Source: Dehalococcoidia bacterium
Lineage (GTDB): Bacteria; Chloroflexota; Dehalococcoidia; GIF9; AB-539-J10
Length of the DNA stretch: 64,000 bases
NCBI GenBank assembly: GCA_021162545.1
Contig: JAGGYM010000060.1
Span: 1,999 to 65,998 of the forward strand
Reading direction: 5' to 3'
Shown here: positions 56,806 to 64,000 of the stretch, piece by piece
Layout: the number at the start of each line of letters is the position of its first letter
Numbering within the stretch: position 1 is the stretch's first letter
Notes under the pieces: model-generated
What the model saw: the letters and a program-made list of their open reading frames with translations, nothing else
Told to the model about the DNA's origin: nothing
Databases searched by the model: none
Position numbers and translations under genes: made by a program

Positions 56806-57573
56806 ATGTTAACCAAAAGAATCATCCCCTGCCTCGACGTCAAAGGTGGTCGGGTGGTAAAAGGAACGAGTTTCACCCATCTGGGCGATGCCGGTGACCC
56901 GGTAGAGCTTGCCAGTTCCTACTACAAAGATGGCGCCGACGAGCTGGTTTTTCTGGATATAACCGCTACTCCCGAAGGGCGCGACACCATGGTGGAGGTC
57001 GTCGAGCGCATTTCCAGGGAAGTCTTTATGCCCCTTACCGTCGGCGGTGGACTGTACAGCACCGATAATATGCGGCGCATGCTCATGGCTGGAGCGGACA
57101 AGGTTTCCATAAACACCGCCGCGGTGCTCAATCCCAAGCTGGTCGAGGAAGGAGCCCGCAAATTTGGCAGTCAGTGTATCGTGGTCGCCATCGACGCCAA
57201 AAGGGTAGATGCTGGCAAAGAGCCACAGTGGGAAGTTCACATCTACAGCGGACAGAAGTCAACGGGGATTGACGCCATCACCTGGGCAAAACAGGTGGTG
57301 GAGCTGGGAGCAGGAGAAATACTGCTTACCAGCATGGATGCCGATGGCCATCGCTCGGGATACGATAACGCTCTAACCCGCGCTATCTCCGAGGCAGTTA
57401 CCGTACCGGTTATCGCCAGCGGTGGAGCGGGTACGCCAGAAGACATGTATCAAGCCCTCGTGCTCGGCAAGGCCGATGCCGTCCTTGCTGCCAGCATCTT
57501 CCACTACGGAATTCACCCCATCCAGGAAACCAAGCTATATCTGGCAGAAAAGGGAATCCCAATACGGCTGTGA
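56806..57573 (+). CDS. hisF: Imidazole glycerol phosphate synthase, cyclase subunit
   Basis: [21 protein letters not shown]-terminus, a (beta/alpha)8 HisF. ATG lies 2 nt after the hisH stop. Confidence 0.9.
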   Translation: MLTKRIIPCLDVKGGRVVKGTSFTHLGDAGDPVELASSYYKDGADELVFLDITATPEGRDTMVEVVERISREVFMPLTVGGGLYSTDNMRRMLMAGADKVSINTAAVLNPKLVEEGARKFGSQCIVVAIDAKRVDAGKEPQWEVHIYSGQKSTGIDAITWAKQVVELGAGEILLTSMDADGHRSGYDNALTRAISEAVTVPVIASGGAGTPEDMYQALVLGKADAVLAASIFHYGIHPIQETKLYLAEKGIPIRL

Positions 57574-57708
57574 GGGAGGCATGAAGAGAAGCGCATTAAT
57601 TTCCAGGTCTTTATACTTGCCGTCCCGAGGAGTAAAATACGACATGTCAGGGGCTTCGCGAAATGGATGAGGAAAACGAGAACGCCCTGCAAGAAGGAGG
57701 CCTAAAAG

Positions 57709-59085
57709 ATGGCAGGCACAAGCAAAGGGAAAGACATGGTTAAAAGCGGAGAGGACAGCAAAAGGCAAAGCAAAGAACTCGTCCTCAGAATGACCAAGGA
57801 CAACGACATCAAGTTCATCAAGTTGTGGTTCACCGATATCCTGGGCATGCTCAAGAGCTTTACAATCACGGTGAAAGAACTGGAAGGCGCACTGGAGGAA
57901 GGAATGGGCTTCGACGGTTCCTCGATTGAAGGTTTCGCCCGCATCGATGAAAGCGACATGACTGCTTTGCCCGACCCCAACACTTTCCAGATACTCCCAT
58001 GGGTACCCCGACAAAACGCCGTAGCCCGAATGTTTTGCAACATTATGATGCCCGAAGGAGAGCCCTTCCAGGGCGACCCAAGGTATATCTTGCAGAGAAA
58101 TCTGAAACGAGCCGCCGACATGGGCTATACCTTCTATGTGGGGCCTGAGCTGGAGTATTTTTACTTTCAGGACGCAAAAGGAACCGTTCCGTTGGATCAG
58201 GGGGGTTACTTCGACATGACCACCCAGGACGCTGCCATCGACCTGAGAAGAGAAACCGTCATTACTCTGGAGAAGATGGGCATTGGCGTTGAGTATTCCC
58301 ACCACGAGGCTGCCCCCAGCCAGCACGAAATAGACATGTGCTACACCGACGCTCTCGCCATGGCCGACCACGTGATGACCTATCGGCTGGTGGTCAAGCA
58401 AATCGCCCTGAGCCACGGCGTATACGCTACCTTCATGCCCAAGCCTGTTTTCGGCATCAATGGCAGCGGCATGCACGTGCATCAGTCGCTCTTTCAGGAC
58501 GGAAAGAACGCCTTCTTTGAGAGGGAAGCCCCTTACAGCCTCTCCAAAACAGCCAGGCGCTATATAGCAGGTTTGATGAAACATGCGCCCGAAATCACCG
58601 CCGTCACCAACCAGTGGATTAATTCCTACAAAAGGCTGGTTCCCGGATACGAAGCCCCGGTATATATCTCCTGGGCGCGGCGCAACAGGGCCGACATGAT
58701 ACGTGTCCCGGGATATAAGCCGGGCCAGGAAAATGCCACCAGGGTGGAAATTCGCTCTCCCGACCCCGCCTGCAATCCCTATCTCGTCTTCAGCATACTG
58801 CTGGCGGCCGGCCTCGAAGGCATTGAGAAAGAGTACGAACTCCCCGACCCCATCGAAGAAAACGTGTACACCATGAGCGAGGAAGAGCGGAAGGACAGGG
58901 GAATAGAAACTCTGCCTTCCAGTCTCCTGGAAGCCATTCAGTTAACTGAGAAAAGCGACCTCGTGCGTAAAACTCTGGGAGACCACCTCTTCGAGGCCTT
59001 CATCAGGAACAAGAAGATCGAGTGGGATCAGTACCATACTCAGGTAACCGAATACGAGCTTAACAAAAGCCTGCCGACATTGTAA
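57709..59085 (+). CDS. glnA: Glutamine synthetase type I
   Basis: 458 aa. FDGSSI, GPE(L/P)EYF and NPY motifs. The adenylylation-site region is not assessed. AAGGAGG RBS 8 nt upstream. Confidence 0.9.
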   Translation: MAGTSKGKDMVKSGEDSKRQSKELVLRMTKDNDIKFIKLWFTDILGMLKSFTITVKELEGALEEGMGFDGSSIEGFARIDESDMTALPDPNTFQILPWVPRQNAVARMFCNIMMPEGEPFQGDPRYILQRNLKRAADMGYTFYVGPELEYFYFQDAKGTVPLDQGGYFDMTTQDAAIDLRRETVITLEKMGIGVEYSHHEAAPSQHEIDMCYTDALAMADHVMTYRLVVKQIALSHGVYATFMPKPVFGINGSGMHVHQSLFQDGKNAFFEREAPYSLSKTARRYIAGLMKHAPEITAVTNQWINSYKRLVPGYEAPVYISWARRNRADMIRVPGYKPGQENATRVEIRSPDPACNPYLVFSILLAAGLEGIEKEYELPDPIEENVYTMSEEERKDRGIETLPSSLLEAIQLTEKSDLVRKTLGDHLFEAFIRNKKIEWDQYHTQVTEYELNKSLPTL

Positions 59086-59120
59086 GAAAGATGTACTTTG
59101 CCATGCAGGAAGGAGCTAGC

Positions 59121-60851
59121 ATGCACAGATTGCGAATCGGCATGGCTCAGATCAACACCACCGTAGGTGATTTTGAAGGTAACACCTGGAGGATACTGGA
59201 GGCTATCGACAGGGCCAGATCTCTCAATGTCGATCTCCTCACCTTCCCCGAACTCGCCATTTGCGGATATCCTCCGGAGGACCTTCTCTTCAAACCACAG
59301 TTTATCGAGGAGAATCTCCATTCCCTGGAGAAAGTAATCAATAGCTCCTCCAAACTCACCATCGTAGTTGGTTTCGTCGATGCCAAAGACGACATCTACA
59401 ACGCCGCAGCGGTAATCCACGACGGCAAGCTCGTCGGCGTGTATCACAAAATATACCTGCCCAACTACGGCGTCTTCGATGAGAACCGCTATTTTCGAGC
59501 TGGCAACGAATGCCCAGTTTACATCATTGCCGGCGTTGGCGTCGGCATCAACATCTGCGAGGATATCTGGTACGAGGCAGGGCCTGCTACGGTACAGGCC
59601 CATTCCGGAGCTGAGGTCATAGTAAACATAAGCTCCTCTCCCTACCATTTCGGCAAGGGGGACTTCCGGGAAAGAATGCTGGCGACCCGCGCCTCGGACA
59701 ACGCCGCCATCGTGGTGCACAACAACCTGGTGGGAGGACAAGATGAACTGGTCTTCGACGGCAACAGCATGGTGCTCGACGAGAAAGGACAGCTGTTAGC
59801 AAGAGGCAAACAATTCGAAGAAGACATGGTAGTCGCCGACCTCGACGTCGAGTCCGTCTTTCGCACGCGCCTTCACGACCCCAGATGGAGAAAGAGGATG
59901 CCCCTTCTGGACGAGCGGGAGTGGAGCAAGACCAAACTGATAGTATCCCAAGCGCTTCATGGTAGCCCGAAGCACCCCTTACCGCAAAGACAGCTTCAGG
60001 TACGCGGCCTTCCCAGGGAAATATATGACGCTCTGGTACTGGGTACGCACGACTACGTTAGCAAAAACGGCTTTAGCAAGGTTATCATCGGACTCTCCGG
60101 TGGAGCCGATTCCGCACTGGTGGCTGCCATTGCAGTCGATGCCCTGAGCAACTCAAACGTGCTCGGCGTGGCGATGCCTTCAAGGTACACTTCCCGGACC
60201 AGCACATCAGATGCCGAGTTGCTGGCCCGGAACCTGGGCATCAAGCTATTGACTATTCCTATAGAGAAAGCCTTCCAGGCTTATCTTGAGATGCTGGCCA
60301 GAGAATTTGCCGGGACGGAACCCGGTGTAACCGAGGAAAACCTTCAAGCCCGCATCAGGGGCAACATCCTCATGTCACTATCCAACAAGTTCGGTTGGCT
60401 CGTTCTCACCACGGGCAACAAGAGCGAAACCGCTACCGGTTATACCACGCTCTACGGAGATATGGCCGGCGGCTTCGCTGTGATAAAGGACGTACCCAAA
60501 ACCATGGTCTATGAGCTGTCAAGCTATCGAAACTCGATAGCAGATTCAGAATTGATACCATCCTCCATCATAGACAAGCCTCCTTCAGCTGAACTGCGAC
60601 CGGAGCAAAAAGATATCGATTCACTGCCACCATATGAACTGCTTGACCCGATTTTAACCGCCTATGTTGAAGAGGATAAGAGCGTCGAGCAAATTATCGC
60701 CATGGGATTCGAACCCGAGGTAGTGCGGCAAGCTGCACACCTGGTGGATGGCAGCGAGTACAAACGCCGCCAGGCCCCCCCCGGTATTAAGATAACCCCC
60801 AGGGCCTTCGGAAGAGACAGAAGATTGCCTCTGACAAACTGGTTCAAATGA
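59121..60851 (+). CDS. nadE: Glutamine-dependent NAD+ synthetase (nitrilase domain plus NadE domain)
   Basis: N-terminal CN-hydrolase domain (RIGMAQIN, catalytic EL.ICGY). C-terminal PP-loop SGGADS. Start at ATG 59121 with an AGGAAGGAG RBS. Confidence 0.85.
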   Translation: MHRLRIGMAQINTTVGDFEGNTWRILEAIDRARSLNVDLLTFPELAICGYPPEDLLFKPQFIEENLHSLEKVINSSSKLTIVVGFVDAKDDIYNAAAVIHDGKLVGVYHKIYLPNYGVFDENRYFRAGNECPVYIIAGVGVGINICEDIWYEAGPATVQAHSGAEVIVNISSSPYHFGKGDFRERMLATRASDNAAIVVHNNLVGGQDELVFDGNSMVLDEKGQLLARGKQFEEDMVVADLDVESVFRTRLHDPRWRKRMPLLDEREWSKTKLIVSQALHGSPKHPLPQRQLQVRGLPREIYDALVLGTHDYVSKNGFSKVIIGLSGGADSALVAAIAVDALSNSNVLGVAMPSRYTSRTSTSDAELLARNLGIKLLTIPIEKAFQAYLEMLAREFAGTEPGVTEENLQARIRGNILMSLSNKFGWLVLTTGNKSETATGYTTLYGDMAGGFAVIKDVPKTMVYELSSYRNSIADSELIPSSIIDKPPSAELRPEQKDIDSLPPYELLDPILTAYVEEDKSVEQIIAMGFEPEVVRQAAHLVDGSEYKRRQAPPGIKITPRAFGRDRRLPLTNWFK

Positions 60852-61022
60852 CAATAATATTGGGAGAGAAAACGAAGAATAAACAAAGGGGCCTTCCCCC
60901 TCTTAAAGAAATAGCTCAATTTACCAGGCGGCTTCTCCAGAGCCAGCAAAAACCACCTGGAGCAGGGAAACATATAAGTTGATAACTGAACGCCAAAATT
61001 ACGATTCAAGGAGCATTTCCTG

Positions 61023-62402
61023 ATGCACGAAGGTTGTGCCGTCGTCGGGATATTTTCCCGCGAAATGGATATCAGCCGGACTTCTTTCTTCTCCCTTTTT
61101 AGCCTCCAGCACCGGGGACAGGAAAGCAGTGGCATTGCCGTAAGCGATGGTCACAACATAAGAAAACACACGGGTAACGGACTGGTTTCTCAGGTATTCA
61201 CAGAATACGAGCTCGACCGGCTCAGGGGACATATCGGCATCGGGCACAATCACTATTCAACTACGGGGACAAACAGGCTATTCAACGCCCAGCCAATCAC
61301 CGTCGGGTCGGGAACTTCAACGCTGGCACTGGCACACAACGGCAACATTGTCAACGCCGAACCCCTGCGCGATGAGTTAACTGAACTCGGTTATAATTTC
61401 CACACATCCACCAATTCCGAAGTCATTGGCAACCTCATCCTGTCCTCTCCCGGCAATAGCCTCGAGGAAAAAATAAGACACGCCATGCGGCGGCTCGAGG
61501 GAGCTTACTCCATGACCATCATGAGCAAAGACAAACTCATCGGAGTACGAGATCCAATGGGCATACGCCCCCTCTGCCTTGGCACCATCGATAACGGCTG
61601 GATAATTGCCTCGGAAAGCTGCGCTCTGGACCAGGCAGGTGCTCAATTTATCGAAGAGATCGAGCCCGCGGAGATTGTGGTGATTGACGATGACGGCAAG
61701 AGCTCCTTTAAACAAAAAGGCAAGCGCAAGGCTTTGTGTATCTTCGAATACATTTACTTTGCCCGCCCCGATAGCGTCATCTCAGGCAAGCTGGTTTACC
61801 AAGCCAGAGAATCCATGGGGGCAATGCTGGCTCAGGAATACCCCGTTGATGCCGATCTGGTCATGGGGATCCCAGATTCAGCCACTGCAGCCGCCATCGG
61901 CTATTCACGGACCTCCGGCATCCCTTATTGCGAAGGGCTGTTAAAAAACCGTTATGTCGGACGAACCTTTATCCAGCCCGACCAGAGAATGAGAGACCTG
62001 GGAGTCCAGATGGAATTTAATCCTCTCTCCCGGATAATCTCAGGAAAGCGGTTAGTGGTCGTCGATGACAGCATCGTCCGAGGAACTACCACACCCCACG
62101 TAATCAATTTGCTGAGGAAAGGCGGCGCCAGAGAGATTCACCTCCGCATCTGTGCCCCCCCCCTTTGCCATCCCTGCTTCCTGGAAGTAGATATGGCCAG
62201 CGAATGGGAACTTATTGCTGCTCAGATGCCCGTCCCACGGATCAGAGAATACCTGGGCGCTGATTCTCTTGGTTACCTCAGCCTCGACGGCCTGATTCAC
62301 GCTACGGGACTGCCTGAAGATATTTTTTGTCTTGCGTGCCTCAATGGAGAATACCCCCTCCCTACCCAAATAGCTTTGGGCAAGCTGACCATGGGAAAAT
62401 AG
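61023..62402 (+). CDS. purF: Amidophosphoribosyltransferase
   Basis: Ntn-type catalytic Cys after a short propeptide (MHEGCAVVGIF). PRPP-binding motif (VVVDDSIVRGTT). C-terminal Cys cluster. Confidence 0.9.
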   Translation: MHEGCAVVGIFSREMDISRTSFFSLFSLQHRGQESSGIAVSDGHNIRKHTGNGLVSQVFTEYELDRLRGHIGIGHNHYSTTGTNRLFNAQPITVGSGTSTLALAHNGNIVNAEPLRDELTELGYNFHTSTNSEVIGNLILSSPGNSLEEKIRHAMRRLEGAYSMTIMSKDKLIGVRDPMGIRPLCLGTIDNGWIIASESCALDQAGAQFIEEIEPAEIVVIDDDGKSSFKQKGKRKALCIFEYIYFARPDSVISGKLVYQARESMGAMLAQEYPVDADLVMGIPDSATAAAIGYSRTSGIPYCEGLLKNRYVGRTFIQPDQRMRDLGVQMEFNPLSRIISGKRLVVVDDSIVRGTTTPHVINLLRKGGAREIHLRICAPPLCHPCFLEVDMASEWELIAAQMPVPRIREYLGADSLGYLSLDGLIHATGLPEDIFCLACLNGEYPLPTQIALGKLTMGK

Positions 62403-62503
62403 CAAAATTGCTCAGCGGGCAAAGGAAGAGTTAAGAGCAACCTCACAAATTCAAGGCACGGACTGCAAATGGCGCTGGCTTTCAGATAGAGGAGGAAAGA
62501 GAC

Positions 62504-63088
62504 ATCAAAATCGGAGTTTTAGCCCTGCAGGGCTCATTCATAGAGCATATACGCATCATACAAGGGCTGGGAGCAACAGCTGTTCCTGTTCGCTTGCCCA
62601 AGCAGCTCAGCGGATTGGATGGTCTTATCATGCCCGGAGGCGAGAGCACCACCATCCTCAAATTAATGCAAAAATTCAACCTGGCCATCCCCCTGAAGGA
62701 ACTGGCCCGATCGGGATTGCCCATTTGGGGAACATGTGCCGGCATGATTTGCCTGGCCAAAGGAGTTTACAACGGCATGGAGGGACTGGCCGTCATGGAC
62801 ATGTCGGTCAAGCGCAATGCCTTCGGGAACCAGATAAACAGCTTCGAATCCAATCTGCCAATCCCCCCTCTGGGGGACGAGCCATTCCCCGCCGTTTTCA
62901 TTCGCGCTCCCTTTATCGAAAGGGCCGGCCCCCGGGTGGAAATCCTGGCCAGATTGCCGGAAGGAACTGCCGTAGCTGCCAGGCAAGGAAAATTACTGGC
63001 CACTGCCTTCCACCCCGAATTCACCAGTGACCTAAGAGTGCACAGCTATTTCTTGAAAATGGCCACCTCTCCGGAGCGAAGACAATGA
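62504..63088 (+). CDS. pdxT: Pyridoxal 5'-phosphate synthase glutaminase subunit PdxT; apparent non-ATG (ATC) start
   Basis: The conserved PdxT N-terminus (M)KIGVLALQGSFIEH begins at in-frame ATC 62504, 8 nt after a GGAGG RBS. No ATG, GTG or TTG is available in frame. The first ATG (62594) would delete the conserved N-terminal strand. Catalytic Cys (GTCAGMI) and His/Glu (FHPE) are present. Confidence 0.8.
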   Translation: MKIGVLALQGSFIEHIRIIQGLGATAVPVRLPKQLSGLDGLIMPGGESTTILKLMQKFNLAIPLKELARSGLPIWGTCAGMICLAKGVYNGMEGLAVMDMSVKRNAFGNQINSFESNLPIPPLGDEPFPAVFIRAPFIERAGPRVEILARLPEGTAVAARQGKLLATAFHPEFTSDLRVHSYFLKMATSPERRQ

Positions 63089-63175
63089 GAAGATGCAACT
63101 TACCGTTCAGCTTTTGAGGCAGGGATAGTATAATACTCCAGAGATTCCAGGGGAACTTAAAGGAGCAGAGCACAA

Positions 63176-64000
63176 TTTGGAGACAGAAACTAAAATAATA
63201 GCCATTCTCAAGGTTCTGAGCGAATCCTCTGAACCGGTAGGGTCAGTAACCATCGCCAGAGAACTCGAGCGCTATGGCATTTCCCTGAGCGAGAGAGCCA
63301 TACGCTACCACTTGAGATTAACGGACGAGCGCCATTACACCCAACCGCAGGGACGAGACGGCAGGGCAATAACCCCCGAAGGGCTCGAGGAGCTCAAGAT
63401 AGCGCTGGCTGCCGAGCAGGTGGGATTCATACTCGATAAACTCGACCTGCTGACCTTCCAAACCACCTTTGATCCCGAAAAGCGAGAGGGGCTACTTCCC
63501 ATAAATACCTCTTTGTTCGACAAGAATCAGTTCAGAAAAGCGCTGACTGCCATGGAGAAAGCCTTCAAGGCGGGATTCTGCGTCAGCGAGCTGGTGGCTA
63601 TAGCCTCCGAAGGAGAAAAACTTGGTTCTGTTATCGTGCCAAAGGGAAAAATCGGACTGGCCACCATTTGCAGCCTGGCAATAAACGGAGTGATGCTCAA
63701 GGCCGGCGTGCCCATAAGGCCCATACTGGGAGGGGTGCTTGAACTCAGAGATACCAGGCCAAGGCGCTTCGTCTCCATAATCAACTATGCCGGCACATCT
63801 GTCGATCCCTCGGAGCAATATATCCGCGCCAAGATGACCAGCGTCAGCGAAGTTGCCAGGACCGGCAACGGGAATATACTGGCCAGCTTCCGTGAGATAC
63901 CAGCCCCATCAAGAGCAATTGTCAACAAAAAAATCGCCCTGCTCAAAGAATCCGGGGTCAACGGAGTTTACCTTCTGGGTAACACCAGTGAACCCATTTG
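63176..64000 (+). CDS. nrpR: NrpR-like nitrogen regulatory protein (DUF128 family), 5' partial; continues past window end
   Basis: Hand translation from TTG 63176: LETETKIIAILKVLSESSEPVGSVTIARELERYGISLSERAIRYHLRLTDERHYTQPQGRDGRAITPEGLEELKIALAAEQVGF... A winged helix followed by an NrpR domain, as in methanogen NrpR. Absent from the ORF track because no stop codon falls inside the window. TATAAT at 63128-63133 and AAAGGAG upstream. Confidence 0.6.

Noticed and set aside
60852-61022. ZTP (pfl) or purine riboswitch in the purF leader
   Set aside because: A CAGGCGG element is present, but it is the reverse complement of the ZTP CCGCCUGG pseudoknot motif and would lie on the wrong strand. No purine-riboswitch junction consensus. 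Only a terminator-like GGGG-CCTT-CCCC hairpin after nadE is evident.

Overview
This is a 64 kb, mostly housekeeping stretch of a GC-rich bacterial chromosome. Bacterium-specific genes (rpmB, recG, lgt, ftsK, groESL with a CIRCE element) make it bacterial. It also carries several genes better known from archaea: a TreT-type trehalose synthase, an NrpR-like regulator, a PAC2-family protein and a CetZ/tubulin-like GTPase. The phylum cannot be fixed from sequence alone; a thermophilic Chloroflexota-like organism is plausible.

Gene content, left to right:
- an AT-richer type III restriction-modification pair (mod-res)
- an XRE/HigA-like antitoxin with a decayed toxin remnant, and a tRNA-Ser(TGA)
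- a CoA-binding acyl-CoA synthetase-like gene
- a Fur-family regulator with a downstream membrane protein and a 21-bp palindromic operator
- an arginine operon (argJ-argB-argD-argG, structured spacer, argH)
- rpe, rpmB, yloV-like DAK2 protein, recG, argS, a gamma-carbonic-anhydrase-like protein, thiC, an ODC-like decarboxylase, a GreA-like factor with an N-terminal extension, recJ, lgt, treT, ftsY
- a tubulin-superfamily GTPase with two convergent coiled-coil repeat proteins, transcribed divergently from groES-groEL
- an M16 peptidase, pyrG, an MBL hydrolase, a ROK kinase, galU, ftsK, RNase J, family-4 UDG, a HEAT-repeat protein, a PAC2 protein, and the tldE/pmbA-tldD pair
- a small HTH plus SWIM zinc-finger pair, folC, pyrF, dinB, hisH, hisF, glnA, nadE, purF, pdxT (apparent ATC start)
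- the 5' part of an nrpR-like gene running off the window end

The most interesting candidate for an undescribed system is the tubulin/CetZ-like GTPase at 31381..32553 together with the two 11-mer/22-mer repeat coiled-coil proteins at 32668..34843. No CRISPR arrays, IS elements or integrases were seen. All assignments rest on motif-level reading of the translations, with no database searches.
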